Source: a virus. From it: 60,270 nucleotides of DNA. This document shows positions 13,128-24,668 of the stretch, in pieces. Location of the stretch: the UHGV virus genome UHGV-0335561. One strand, written 5' to 3'. The position numbers were made by a program, and so were the translations under genes. Position 1 is the first letter of the stretch. Each line of letters begins with the position of its first letter. The notes below the pieces were generated by a model that saw only the letters and a list, made by a program, of their open reading frames with translations, made no database searches and was not told where the DNA came from.

Positions 13128-15795
13128 ATGGGTAAAGGCAGCAGTAAGGGGCATACCCCGCGCGAAGCGAAGGACAACCTGAAGTCCACGCAGCTGCTGA
13201 GTGTGATCGATGCCATCAGCGAAGGGCCGGTTGAAGGTCCGGTGGATGGATTAAAAAGCGTGCTGCTGAACAGTACGCCGGTGCTGGACAGTGAGGGGAA
13301 TACCAATATATCCGGCGTCACGGTGGTGTTCCGGGCCGGTGAGCAGGAGCAGTCACCGCCGGAGGGATTTGAATCCTCCGGCTCCGAGACGGTGCTGGGT
13401 ACGGAAGTGAAATATGACACGCCGATCACCCGGACCATCACGTCGGCAAACATCGACCGTCTGCGCTTTACCTTCGGTGTACAGGCACTGGTGGAAACCA
13501 CCTCAAAGGGAGACAGGAATCCGTCGGAAGTTCGCCTGCTGGTTCAGATACAGCGTAACGGTGGCTGGGTGACGGAAAAAGACATCACCATTAAGGGCAA
13601 AACCACCTCGCAGTATCTGGCCTCGGTGGTGGTGGATAACCTGCCGCCGCGCCCGTTTAATATCCGGATGCGCAGGATGACGCCGGACAGCACCACAGAC
13701 CAGCTGCTGAACAAAACGCTCTGGTCGTCATACACCGAAATCATCGATGTGAAACAGTGCTACCCGAACACGGCACTGGTTGGCGTGCAGGTGGACTCGG
13801 AGCAGTTCGGCAGCCAGCAGGTGAGCCGTAATTATCATCTTCGCGGGCGCATTCTGCAGGTGCCGTCGAACTATAACCCGCAGACGCGGCAATACAGCGG
13901 TATCTGGGACGGAACGTTAAAACCGGCATACAGCAACAACATGGCCTGGTGTCTGTGGGATATGCTGACCCATCCGCGCTACGGCATGGGGAAACGTCTT
14001 GGTGCGGCGGATGTGGATAAATGGGCGCTGTATGTCATCGGCCAGTACTGCGACCAGTCGGTGCCGGACGGCTTTGGCGGCACGGAGCCGCGCATTACCT
14101 GTAATGCGTACCTGACCACACAGCGCAAGGCGTGGGATGTGCTCAGTGATTTCTGCTCGGCGATGCGCTGTATGCCGGTATGGAACGGGCAGACGCTGAC
14201 GTTCGTGCAGGACCGACCATCAGATAAGGTGTGGACCTATAACCGCAGTAATGTGGTGATGCCGGATGATGGCGCGCCGTTCCGCTACAGCTTCAGCGCC
14301 CTGAAGGACCGCCATAATGCCGTTGAGGTGAACTGGATTGACCCGGATAACGGCTGGGAGACGGCGACAGAGCTCGTGGAGGATACGCAGGCCATTGCCC
14401 GTTACGGCCGTAACGTCACGAAGATGGATGCCTTTGGCTGTACCAGCCGGGGGCAGGCACACCGCGCCGGGCTGTGGCTGATTAAAACGGAGCTGCTGGA
14501 AACGCAGACCGTGGACTTCAGCGTGGGTGCTGAAGGGCTTCGCCATGTACCGGGGGATGTCATTGAAATCTGCGATGATGACTATGCCGGTATCAGCACC
14601 GGTGGTCGTGTGCTGGCGGTGAACAGCCAGACCCGGACGCTGACGCTCGACCGTGAAATCACGCTGCCATCCTCCGGTACCACGCTGATAAGCCTGGTTG
14701 ACGGAAGTGGCAATCCGGTCAGCGTGGAGGTTCAGTCCGTCACCGACGGCGTGAAGGTGAAAGTGAGCCGTGTTCCTGACGGTGTTGCTGAATACAGCGT
14801 ATGGGGGCTGAAGCTGCCGACGCTGCGCCAGCGACTGTTCCGCTGCGTGAGTATCCGTGAAAACGACGACGGCACGTATGCCATCACCGCCGTGCAGCAT
14901 GTGCCGGAAAAAGAGACCATCGTGGATAACGGGGCGCACTTTGACGGCGAACAGAGTGGCACGGTGAATGGTGTCACGCCGCCCGCGGTGCAGCACCTGA
15001 CCGCAGAAGTCACCGCAGACAGCGGGGAATATCAGGTGCTGGCGCGATGGGACACACCGAAGGTGGTGAAGGGGGTGAGCTTTATGCTTCGCCTGACCGT
15101 GGCAGCGGATGACGGCAGTGAGCGGCTGGTCAGCACGGCCAGGACGACGGAAACCACATACCGCTTCAGGCAACTGGCGCTGGGGAACTACAGGCTGACA
15201 GTCCGGGCGGTAAATGCGTGGGGGCAGCAGGGGGATCCGGCGTCGGTATCGTTCCGGATTGCCGCACCGGCAGCGCCATCGCGGATTGAGCTGACGCCGG
15301 GCTATTTTCAGATAACCGCAACGCCACATCTTGCCGTTTATGACCCGACGGTACAGTTTGAGTTCTGGTTCTCGGAAAAGCGGATTGCGGATATCAGGCA
15401 GGTTGAAACCGCAGCCCGCTATCTTGGCTCGGCGCTGTACTGGATAGCTGCCAGTATCAATATCAAACCGGGCCATGATTATTATTTTTATATCCGCAGT
15501 GTGAATACTGTTGGCAAATCGGCATTCGTGGAGGCTGTCGGTCGGGCGAGCGATGATGCGGAAGGTTACCTGGATTTTTTCAAAGGAGAAATCGGGAAAA
15601 CACATCTGGCCCAGGAGCTGTGGACGCAGATTGATAACGGTCAGCTTGCGCCGGACCTGGCTGAAATCAGGACGTCCATTACGAATGTCAGCAATGAAAT
15701 CACGCAGACCGTCAATAAAAAACTGGAAAATCAGAGTGCGGCAATCCAGCAGATACAGAAAGTTCAGGTTGATACAAATAATAACCTGAACAGCG
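13128..15795 (+). pseudogene. J: tail tip/host-specificity protein J, truncated (C-terminal receptor-binding part missing)
   Basis: Lambda gpJ-like to about residue 890 (...[15 protein letters not shown]), then the frame runs into the reverse complement of the second J; the track ORF 13128-16154 is read-through. Confidence 0.88.
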
Positions 15796-17978
15796 GTTAT
15801 CTGAAAATAGCCCGGCGTCAGCTCAATCCGCGACGGTGCTGCCGGTGCGGCAATCCGGAAGGTGGTGGTGGCAGGTTCACCCTGCTGGCCATAGCTGTTT
15901 ATCGCCCGCACCGTCAGGGTGTATTCCCCGAGCGGCAGGCCGCTGAAACGGTGCTCCGTGTCTGCGGTGATGGCGGTGGTCACCAGTCTGGCATCCGTTC
16001 CCTTACCACTGGTCAGGCGCAGACTGAAGCGCACACCCTTCACCACCCGCGGCGTGTCCCATTTCGCCTGCGCCAGATACTGGCCGTCAGCTGCGCTCAC
16101 CTCCACCGTCAGGTGCTGCACTGCCGGTGGGATGACGCTGTTCAGGGAACCTGACTGCGGCTCAAAGCGGGCACCGTTATCCACGATGGCTTCTTTTTCC
16201 GGTACGTGCTGCACCGCCGTGATGGCAAAGGTGCCGTCCGTGTTTTCCCGGATGGAGACACAGCGGAACAGGCGACGGCGCAGTGACGGCAGGGAGAGTC
16301 CCCACACCCCGTATGTCTCCACACCATCAGGCAGGGTACTGACCTGTATCCGGTCCGGCGCGGGGTGTGCGGTGATGTCCACACTCACCGGCTTACCGCT
16401 GCCGTTAATCAGGTTCACCGCCGATGTACCTGTCTCCGGCAGGGTAACCTCACGGTCCAGCGTCAGGGTGCGGGTGGCAGCATCAATGGACAGGACACGT
16501 CCGCCGGTCAGGGTCCCGGCATAGTCATTATCACAGATTTCAATAATGTCACCGGGTGTGTGCCGCAGCCCCTGAGACCCGAGCGTGAAATCCACCGTCT
16601 GCGTTTCCAGCAGTTCGGTCTTTATCACCCACAGTCCGGCACGGTGGGCCTGACCGCGGCTGGTACAGCCGAACGCGTCCATCTTCAGCAGGTTGCGTCC
16701 GTAGCGCAGTATGGCTTCCGGGTCTTCCACCAGTTCCGTGGAGGTCTGCCAGCCGTTCTGCGGGTCGGTGTAATTCACCTCCACCGCCGTGTGCCGGTCC
16801 TTCAGGGCACTGAAGCTGTAGCGGAATCCCACGCCGTTATCATCCACCACCACATCGCTGTTGGTGTACGGCCACACCACATCCGACGGGCGGTCCTGAA
16901 CGAACGTCAGCGTCTGACCGTTCCATACCGGCATACAGCGCATCGCAGAGCAGAAATCACTGAGAACGTCCCACGCCTTACGCTGTTGTGCCAGGTACGC
17001 ATTAAAGGTCATCCGCGGCTCGGTCCCCCCGAAACCATCCGGGACCGTCTGGTCGCAGTACTGCCCGATGGCATACAGCGCCCACTTGTCCACATCCGCC
17101 GCCCCCAGACGTTTTCCCATGCCGTAGCGCGGGTGAGTCAGCATGTCCCACAGACACCAGGCCGGGTTGTTGCTGTATGCCGGTTTCAGACTGCCGTCCC
17201 AGATACCACTATACGTGCGTTTTTCCGGGTCATAGTTTGACGGCACCTGGATGATGCGACCGCGGATATGGTAGTTCACCGTCATCTGCTGGCCGCCGAA
17301 CTGCTCCGCATCCACCTGCAGCCCCACAATGGCCGTGTTCGGGTAGCACTGTTTCACATCGATGATTTCGGTGTATGACGACCACAGCGTCTTATTCTGC
17401 AGCTGGTCCGTGGTGCTGTCCGCCGTCTCCCTGACCATCCGGATGTTAAAGGGCCGGGGAGGCAGATTATCCAGAATCACCGAGGCCAGGAACTGTGAGG
17501 TGGTCTTGCCGTTAATGGTGACGTCCTTTTCTGTCACCCAGTTACCGTTACGCTGTAACTGAATCAGCAGGCGGACGGATGCCGGGTTACGGTCACCCTT
17601 TGAGGTGGTCTCCACCAGTGACTGCACCCCGAAGGTAACCCGCAGGCGGTCAATGTTCGCGGACGTAATGGTGCGCGTCACCGGTTTTGCCTTCGTCACT
17701 TCCACGCCCAGTCCGGTTTCAGCTCCGGAGGACTCAAAGCCTTCCGGTGGTGTCTGCTCCTGCTCCCCGGCGCGCCAGACCGCCGTCACACCGTGTATCA
17801 CGGGATTGCCGTCCGTGTCCGTCAGTGGGGTTTTGTTCACCAGAATACTCTGCAGTCCCTTCACCGGACCTTCTATCGGTCCCTCACCAATCGCATCAAT
17901 CACGCTCATCATCTGCGTGGATTTGAGATTATCCTTCGCCTCACGAGGCGTGTGTGCCTTACCGCCACCTTTTCCCAT
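15796..17978 (-). pseudogene. J: second tail tip/host-specificity protein J, truncated after about residue 728
   Basis: [26 protein letters not shown]..., roughly 75-80% identical to the first J by eye; ends at ...[13 protein letters not shown], then reverse complement of the first J. Confidence 0.88.
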
Positions 17979-18183
17979 ACAGCCTTCCCCTGAATAAATT
18001 AACCGCCACTTGCCATTCCGTACAGAAGTCGGATATCCTTCGCCCGAAAAGCATGAAACACATTTCTGCCATGCTAAAGAGAAACCCCGGTATCAGCAGA
18101 TACCGGGGTTTTCTTTCATGCCCACCGATAATCCTGTTGGTTAAAACCGGTAATGGCATAAAAATTCTGAATATCTTCACATT

Positions 18184-18211
18184 TTCACACACTGACTGTG
18201 GCGCTTATAAT
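18184..18211 (+). promoter_or_regulatory. sigma70-like promoter (TTCACA, 16-bp spacer, TATAAT) in the I-J intergenic insert
   Basis: Perfect -10 TATAAT with a 5/6 -35; points toward a downstream hairpin plus T-tract. Confidence 0.4.
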
Positions 18212-18214
18212 TTC

Positions 18215-18316
18215 GCTGCGTTAGTGTTTTTTTGCCCGAGTAACAAAAACAACTCCTTAACATTGATCTTCATTTGTCTGTCCCCGCAGCTCCGCGATCA
18301 CTGCGGGATTTTTTTA
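18215..18316 (+). ncRNA. candidate small RNA (promoter-to-terminator unit of about 100 nt), antisense to the late operon
   Basis: Bounded by the promoter above and a GC hairpin (CCCGCAG...CTGCGGG) followed by a run of T; no convincing ORF. Confidence 0.3.
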
Positions 18317-18320
18317 TGTT

Positions 18321-19001
18321 TTATCCCTGTCGCCCGATAACCACGACCGTTCCGCCCCCGCCTTCATCACGGGTGCTGATGTCCTGGGATATACGGCGGG
18401 AGCCAACCAGCATTTCCCCGTAAGGCACCGGCATCGGGTTCCCCTGGGCAATCATGTTATCCAGCGAGGAAAAGTACGTGTTCTGTCTGCCGTTATCCGT
18501 TGCGCGGTAATCCGGTGTTTTTGCCTTCGGGGCCAGCATCTGGGCCACACCGCCCAGAATCATGCTGGCTCCAAGTGAAAACAGCATCGTGGTGGCAGAA
18601 AAACCACCGGCTGCCAGGGCTGAACCCCATAACGCCATTGATGCCCCGGCAGTGAAGAAAGAGCCCACGATGGCTGCCGCCCCCAGCACAATCTGCAGTC
18701 CACCCTTTCCGGCCCCGGCCAGTCGCGGCACAATATGGATGACCGTTCCCTCACCCAGCTGTTCGTGAAGACGGGCGTACACCGCCTCCGGTGCCGTGTC
18801 ATAACCGGCAATACGTATCTGGTACCAGCCTTCGTTCATCTGACGGCGAAAGCCCGGCACCTGTAACGACAGCGCCCGGATGGCTTCCGCTGCCGTGTTC
18901 ACATACAGGCTGAGGCGGCGGCCAAATCGTTGTAAATCCCCGTGAAGGCAGATGCGTGCCAGTGGCGGTGACGCCAGACAGAATGCGTTCGTCGTTGCCA
19001 T
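18321..19001 (-). CDS. I: tail tip assembly protein I
   Basis: 226 aa ...ARICLHGDLQRFGRR..., lambda gpI homolog. Confidence 0.9.
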   Translation of the reverse strand: MATTNAFCLASPPLARICLHGDLQRFGRRLSLYVNTAAEAIRALSLQVPGFRRQMNEGWYQIRIAGYDTAPEAVYARLHEQLGEGTVIHIVPRLAGAGKGGLQIVLGAAAIVGSFFTAGASMALWGSALAAGGFSATTMLFSLGASMILGGVAQMLAPKAKTPDYRATDNGRQNTYFSSLDNMIAQGNPMPVPYGEMLVGSRRISQDISTRDEGGGGTVVVIGRQG

Positions 19002-19642
19002 TTTTCGGAATACCTCTCCCGTTTACTCAGTTGTTCAGGCAGATGGTGAAGCAGCTCACCGTTGCCGCAGTAAATGGCGGCATGGTTCGGTACCGAAGCA
19101 CCAAAGCAGCACAGCAGAATATCGCCCGCCTGTGCAGAGGACAGGGGCACCCGGTAAAAGCCGGTGACCGCCATATTGTCCAGGTAAAGGTTCTGACCGT
19201 TGCGCCACCAGTCATCCTCGCGATGAAAATCCGGCATTTCAGTCCCCGCCAGATGATAAGCATCCCGGAACAGCGTGTAACAGTCCGTCACCCCGTGCTC
19301 AAAGCGCCGTCCTGTCAGATGTGGCACACAGCGGAATTTGTGAATGTCACCCCGGCAGACCAGCCACCAGGGCAGTGCGCTTTTTATCTGCAGCCGCCGG
19401 TCAGCCTCGCTCAGCCAGGGCAGCCCACCGGGATGACTGTGGACCAGTGCCACAATCTCCCCCTGCATCTCTGCCCGCAGCCAGTCTTCCGGTGCGATAC
19501 GAAAATACGCCTCCGGCTCTGCAGAAATATTCACACAAGGGATATACCACTCCCCCTCCGACGTGCTTATCACGAAGCCGCACGACTCCGCAGGCGCACA
19601 CCGCCGGGCATGCGCCAGAATCGCTGATTCAGTCTGTGTCAT
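18899..19642 (-). CDS. K: tail tip assembly protein K
   Basis: MTQTESAILAHARRCAPAESCGFVISTSEG... HSHPGG; start set at the internal Met after the L stop. Confidence 0.9.
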   Translation of the reverse strand: MTQTESAILAHARRCAPAESCGFVISTSEGEWYIPCVNISAEPEAYFRIAPEDWLRAEMQGEIVALVHSHPGGLPWLSEADRRLQIKSALPWWLVCRGDIHKFRCVPHLTGRRFEHGVTDCYTLFRDAYHLAGTEMPDFHREDDWWRNGQNLYLDNMAVTGFYRVPLSSAQAGDILLCCFGASVPNHAAIYCGNGELLHHLPEQLSKRERYSEKWQRRTHSVWRHRHWHASAFTGIYNDLAAASACM

Positions 19643-19652
19643 AAACCGGGAT

Positions 19653-20351
19653 TTACTGCGAAAGTTTATTAATGGAAAGGAAACCGCCAAAATTGCCGAC
19701 ATTCCTGCGCAGTTCACACCCGCGCATGCACTTGCTGCATCTGTCCTTACGGATATCCGTGGTGGGGTTGTCGAACTCATCCGCCACCGCAGGACCGTTA
19801 TACCCGCATTCATCTCCCCGGTAATCCCACATACAGGTGTTCGCCAGCATGATGCGACCGGGAAACAGCGCCCCATCCGTCTCGGTCGGTGTAGCCAGCA
19901 CAAACGAGGCCGTCATGGCTGTCAGCTGCGACATCTGCTCCACCACCCAGCGGTCACTCAGCTCCTGCTCCGGGTCCGCCTCCGGATTGCCCGCAACGAA
20001 ATTCACCGCATCCAGAAAACGGGCATACACCCGGCGGCGGACCACCGTGGCCCCCACCAGACTCTGCAGGTCTTCCGCCATCCCGGTGACCAGACCGAAC
20101 AGATTGGACACCGTCAGCGACGGTCTGGCACTGCTGCCCTTCCCGCTCATCTCAAAACCGCTGCCGTCAATCGGGTATGCCTGATATTGCCGCCCCTGCC
20201 AGGTGACCGGCTCCCCTTTTTCATTCAGCTCATTACAGAAAAAATACCGCTCACCGCCCTGTACCGTCAGGTCGATTTCCCAGAGTACCACCCGCGGTGA
20301 CTGCTCTGACTTAACCGACTCGTTCAGACTTTCTTCGCGAATATCCTGCAT
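19653..20351 (-). CDS. L: tail tip protein L
   Basis: 232 aa MQDIREESLNESVKSEQSPRVVLWEIDLTVQGGERYFF... Confidence 0.93.
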   Translation of the reverse strand: MQDIREESLNESVKSEQSPRVVLWEIDLTVQGGERYFFCNELNEKGEPVTWQGRQYQAYPIDGSGFEMSGKGSSARPSLTVSNLFGLVTGMAEDLQSLVGATVVRRRVYARFLDAVNFVAGNPEADPEQELSDRWVVEQMSQLTAMTASFVLATPTETDGALFPGRIMLANTCMWDYRGDECGYNGPAVADEFDNPTTDIRKDRCSKCMRGCELRRNVGNFGGFLSINKLSQ

Positions 20352-20692
20352 CAGTTCACCACCTGCTCAATCGTACAACTGAAATCACTGTGCCTGGCGT
20401 TATCTGTGACGCTCCACTCCCGGCACACCACCCTCACCGTCAGGTTATGTTTCGGCGGTCGCCACAAAAAGGCACGGTAACCACCATGCCACGATAAAAA
20501 TTCATCCAGCCAGCGCCGGGTTGGTTCATCCGTCACCCGGAACACCGCCTGAAACGTCTTCAGTCTGGCATTAAGTCCCGTCGGTCGGCGCTGTTCATAA
20601 CCGTCACCAAACCGAACCCTCACCACCGACGGTTTCTCACTCACCTGCATCCCTTCACGCGGGACCAGATGCAGCGTTTTTATCTCAGCCAC
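20351..20692 (-). CDS. M: tail tip assembly protein M
   Basis: 113 aa, lambda gpM-like. Confidence 0.9.
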   Translation of the reverse strand: MAEIKTLHLVPREGMQVSEKPSVVRVRFGDGYEQRRPTGLNARLKTFQAVFRVTDEPTRRWLDEFLSWHGGYRAFLWRPPKHNLTVRVVCREWSVTDNARHSDFSCTIEQVVN

Positions 20693-23600
20693 TCAGCATT
20701 CCTCCGTCACGTCGCATGGACAGCATCACCGCCTGCACCCGCTGGTCAATCAGCTGCACAAGACTGCCTGCCGCCTCCGCCCCTATCTGTCCGTTAGCCC
20801 CGTCATTCTGAATGGCGATGTGGTAGACCGGGGAATACACCAGACCGGCACTGCCGTTCATACTGCCCACCGCGCGTACGCCCAGCGAGCCATCCGCCGC
20901 CCGGGTCAGGGGCATAATGGCTTCAGGTCCGGCTTCCCCCATCAGCCCGGCCCCTTTTGCAAACGCAAAGTACGTGGGCGTGTCCACAATGCTGTTGCTG
21001 TACGCACTCAGGTTTGCCGAGGTATACACGCCGCCTTTTGCATTGGCCACCGCACCGCCCAGCCAGTCACCAATGCTGCCAATAAATCCTCCCGCACCGG
21101 ACATACCGTTTGCCGCCGTCTTAATTCCGTTGACAATCGCAGCATTCATAAGAACTTTTGAGATTTCCTGCAGTACGGATGAGGCCCAGTTGCGCCATTC
21201 CACTTTGTTTCCGTTCAGCATCTCCGTGATGTTATTCACCATCCCTGAGATACCCTCCGTCGCAAGCTGTGCTGCCTGTGAGGCGTAATCGGATGCATTG
21301 TCCACCCAGTTACTGAGCCCCTCCTGCAAGCCTTTCTGCCAGTCCGCACGCTGCGCATCCGATTCGGCATAAAAGGCTGCCTGGTCCTTAAGGCGTTCGC
21401 TCAGATACTGCGCGTTCTGTGCCCGTGCCTGTCTGTAAAAATCCTCACTGATATCCCCGGTCTGATACTGAGACTGAAGGTCCGCATCCTTCTGGCGGAA
21501 GCTGTCACGGATCTGCTGCAACTCCCGCATGCGTTCCCTGGCTCGTTCTCCCTGCCCGTATCCCAGCAGTTCGGCTTCATTTGATGCACGCGCAGCCACA
21601 TTATCATTCTTCAGGGTCTCTTCCCGGGATCGCAACTGTTCCCGGATTTTTTGCTGGTCAATCAGGGCCGCGTTACGCAGCAGTTCCTGCTTCTGCATCT
21701 CCGTCAGGGTTTTCAGTTCGCCCTGCGCAGTCTGGTACTTCAGCTTCGCCAGCTCTGTATTCTGACCCGCCAGTGCCAGTTGCTCTTTCTGCTGCTTCAG
21801 TAGCCGGGAAAAACTGTCTTCCGCTTTTTCCGTCTCTGATTTTCCACCCCGGGATTTAGGTTTGTTCGCCTCGTTATTACGCCAGGCTTCCAGAGCATTA
21901 CTGATATAACGCTGTCTCGCCTCCTGATACGAATCCCCCACAAAACCAAGGTCATCCGCCGCATACCCCAGCCGGGCACGCTCTTTTTCCTCCCCCTTCA
22001 GTCGGGACAGGGCCAGCTCACGTTCTGTTTTTGTCAGGGCGCTCTGCTGTTTATCATCCAGGGTGGCCTGCGGCAGCCGTAACGGTACATTCACCAGTCC
22101 CTGACGCTGCTGAAGCAGTTCATTCCCCAGCCCCAGCAGACGGTTGAATTCCGTATGCTGACCGTTCATAACCAGCATGGACTGGTACACCTTATTCTGC
22201 TCTGCCGCCTGCTGACGAATTAACGCCACACGACGGTCTTCCAGCCCGGCAAGCACATCCTGAATGGACTGCGCTTTTTCCTGCATCTGTGCCAGACGGG
22301 ACTGCTCAACGGCAAGCTGCTCTGTTGCCTGAGAAAGCCCTTCCGTCACGGTCTTCACCGATGTCAGATGGTTTATCATGAATCCGTCACCGGTTGTCCA
22401 GCCAGGGTTAGCCAGAACATACTGATATCCAGCGATTTTTTCCTGCAGGGATTTCACCCGGCTGGCCTGTTCATCAATCAGCCGGTTCTGCTCTGCCAGC
22501 GCCGCCCGTGTTCGTCCTTCATTATCTGAGGCTTCAGGCAAAGACATTGACGGCGTTTTATGCGCGATTTCATCTATCGTCAGTGCATACTGGCGCGCTG
22601 ACTCCCTGGCCTGCTCCTGATTCTGGTACAGCGTATACCATGCTGCTGCCCCCAGCATCACCAGTCCGGGTACGCCACCAACCAGTCCCAACGCACCAGT
22701 CATCAGACGTGAGCCCACCGCCGTTGTACTGTTCAGCTCATTCTGGGCTGCGGTTCTGGCAGCAATATTTCTGTTCAGGCGTTCCTGTGTGGCCGCCAGA
22801 CGGGCTTCTGCAGCAATCTGCATCTCCGTCCCGCGGGCTGCCGCCACAGCCTGCTGTGCACGGTACACGGCTGCCCTTGCCCGCGCCGTGGCAATCTGCG
22901 TCCCCCTGAGCTGTGCTTCCGCCAGTGCCACTTCATTACGTGCTGCCGTCACAAGTCCTGCCGTGGCAGACACCGCTCCGGAGGCCATATTGCCAAAGTA
23001 CCGGGCAACCCCGACGGCAACCAGCGCCCCCGCGGCTGTTGCCACATTATCAATATTACCGGCAACACCGTTCAGCACGCCGGAGAGCGTTTTCGTCGCT
23101 CCGCTGGCTTCATTCGCGCCACCCACCCAGGCCATAAAGGCGTTTTCCACCTTTGTGATCCCGTCAGAGACCGTTTCCGGCATGGCGGCATATTCATCAC
23201 GCAATACCCCCAGCTGGCTGATTAACGCAGGAACGACTTTATCCGCCGTCAGTTTGCCGTCGTCCGCCATCGCCTTAAGGTCTTTACGGGCCACGCCCAT
23301 ACCCGCAGCCAGTGCACGTACGATCCGGTCTCCGCTTTCATTGACCGAATTAAATTCCTCACCGCGTAACACACCCTGTGCCAGCGCCTGGCTGAACTGG
23401 GTGATCACCGAGCCCGCCTCTGCCGTACTGGCACCGGAGATTTTCAGCCCCGTGGAAATGGCCTCCGTCACCTTCAGCACATCATCAGCACTGTAACCAT
23501 ATTCACGCATTGAGGCTGCCGAGCGGGCAAACAGGGCCGCATTATCTGAAAATGCCGTGCCCGTCCGCTGGCTGATATCCATCAGCACTTTCTGTGATGA

Positions 23601-23927
23601 CGAAAATTCATCGGATGACTGCGACGCCTGTTTCAGTCGGGCATTCACGGAACTCCATTCATCGGCCAGAGAAATCAGGTGTCCGGTGGCAAAGGCACCT
23701 GCAAATGCCCCCGCCGTTCCGGCAGCTGAAGCGCGGATTTCCGTCAACTGGCTGTTCAGCTCAGCCAGGGCGCGTCGCTGCACCCGGGCGACTGCGGCAG
23801 CCTGACGCCCGCCATTCTGCAGGGTCCGGTAATATTCACTGCCCATGCGGGAAGCCCGCTGGATCTCCGACTGGAATGACTGCGAATTTGCCGAAATTTT
23901 GATAATCAGTTCACGTAACGTCGCCAT
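20685..23927 (-). CDS. H: tail tape measure protein
   Basis: 1080 aa, coiled-coil-rich with glycine-rich C-terminus; position before M. Confidence 0.92.
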   Translation of the reverse strand: MATLRELIIKISANSQSFQSEIQRASRMGSEYYRTLQNGGRQAAAVARVQRRALAELNSQLTEIRASAAGTAGAFAGAFATGHLISLADEWSSVNARLKQASQSSDEFSSSQKVLMDISQRTGTAFSDNAALFARSAASMREYGYSADDVLKVTEAISTGLKISGASTAEAGSVITQFSQALAQGVLRGEEFNSVNESGDRIVRALAAGMGVARKDLKAMADDGKLTADKVVPALISQLGVLRDEYAAMPETVSDGITKVENAFMAWVGGANEASGATKTLSGVLNGVAGNIDNVATAAGALVAVGVARYFGNMASGAVSATAGLVTAARNEVALAEAQLRGTQIATARARAAVYRAQQAVAAARGTEMQIAAEARLAATQERLNRNIAARTAAQNELNSTTAVGSRLMTGALGLVGGVPGLVMLGAAAWYTLYQNQEQARESARQYALTIDEIAHKTPSMSLPEASDNEGRTRAALAEQNRLIDEQASRVKSLQEKIAGYQYVLANPGWTTGDGFMINHLTSVKTVTEGLSQATEQLAVEQSRLAQMQEKAQSIQDVLAGLEDRRVALIRQQAAEQNKVYQSMLVMNGQHTEFNRLLGLGNELLQQRQGLVNVPLRLPQATLDDKQQSALTKTERELALSRLKGEEKERARLGYAADDLGFVGDSYQEARQRYISNALEAWRNNEANKPKSRGGKSETEKAEDSFSRLLKQQKEQLALAGQNTELAKLKYQTAQGELKTLTEMQKQELLRNAALIDQQKIREQLRSREETLKNDNVAARASNEAELLGYGQGERARERMRELQQIRDSFRQKDADLQSQYQTGDISEDFYRQARAQNAQYLSERLKDQAAFYAESDAQRADWQKGLQEGLSNWVDNASDYASQAAQLATEGISGMVNNITEMLNGNKVEWRNWASSVLQEISKVLMNAAIVNGIKTAANGMSGAGGFIGSIGDWLGGAVANAKGGVYTSANLSAYSNSIVDTPTYFAFAKGAGLMGEAGPEAIMPLTRAADGSLGVRAVGSMNGSAGLVYSPVYHIAIQNDGANGQIGAEAAGSLVQLIDQRVQAVMLSMRRDGGMLSG

Positions 23928-23974
23928 TCACCTTTCTCCGGGCGTAAAAAAACCGCCTCAGCGGTTCTCATCAT

Positions 23975-24256
23975 TCATGACTGTGCTGCGAAGCTCAGCG
24001 CGTCTTCCAGCGCCGCAAACGGATCCACCTCCGGCTTATCCTCATCCTCGCCCCAGCAGAGCATGGCGTCCTTCAGTGCAACATTCATCCCCTGTGCCCC
24101 AAAAACCGCTTTCACGATCTGTGCATTACGGATATCCCCGCGCTCATCACCCAGCGGGGATACCCTGTCGAACTCCATCCACATCATCGCCTCGCTCACA
24201 CTCAGGCTGTGCCGCAGTTCGGATAAGGTGCGCCCCAGACGGAGCGCAAGTCGCAT
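23975..24256 (-). CDS. tail assembly chaperone T-like extension (probable G-T frameshift product)
   Basis: -1 frame relative to the upstream chaperone; AAAAAAG heptamer at that gene's last codons. Confidence 0.7.
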   Translation of the reverse strand: MRLALRLGRTLSELRHSLSVSEAMMWMEFDRVSPLGDERGDIRNAQIVKAVFGAQGMNVALKDAMLCWGEDEDKPEVDPFAALEDALSFAAQS

Positions 24257-24279
24257 CAGAAAGCGAATTTCCGGGCGGG

Positions 24280-24654
24280 CTACTTTTTTCTGGCCGACTC
24301 TGCATCAGCGATCAGTTCCAGTGCCTGACGCAGCAACCGGGCATGTACCGGACCATAGACGGCCAGCACCTGCTCACGGTCGTCCGGAGCGAACACCCGC
24401 TGCAGATCCGTATCACACAGGACATCGCAGAACAGCGTCACATCCGCTTCTAGGTTACGGCGGGTTTTCGCCACCACCGACAGGGTATCGTCATCCTCTC
24501 CATCACCATTGAGCACTTCCTGCCACAGATACCAGGCCTCTGCCGAAGGCTCCCGCAGCACCACGCTGACATTACCCCATTCCGGCACCTTCACCGTTTT
24601 ATGACGAAACCCTGACAGTCTGGCCAGCGCCAGCGTTTTCAGATCCTTTTTCAT
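24280..24654 (-). CDS. tail assembly chaperone (G-like)
   Basis: MKKDLKTLALARLSGFRHKTVKVPEWG...; between major tail and tape measure genes. Confidence 0.8.
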   Translation of the reverse strand: MKKDLKTLALARLSGFRHKTVKVPEWGNVSVVLREPSAEAWYLWQEVLNGDGEDDDTLSVVAKTRRNLEADVTLFCDVLCDTDLQRVFAPDDREQVLAVYGPVHARLLRQALELIADAESARKK

Positions 24655-24668
24655 GATGACCCATCCCC

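Noticed and set aside
14220-15795. Continuation of the 1252-aa minus-strand ORF (and + ORFs 15919-16524, 16365-17240) across the J/J junction
   Set aside because: These are read-through into the antisense strand of the partner J gene; only 13128-15795 (+) and 15796-17978 (-) are J-like.
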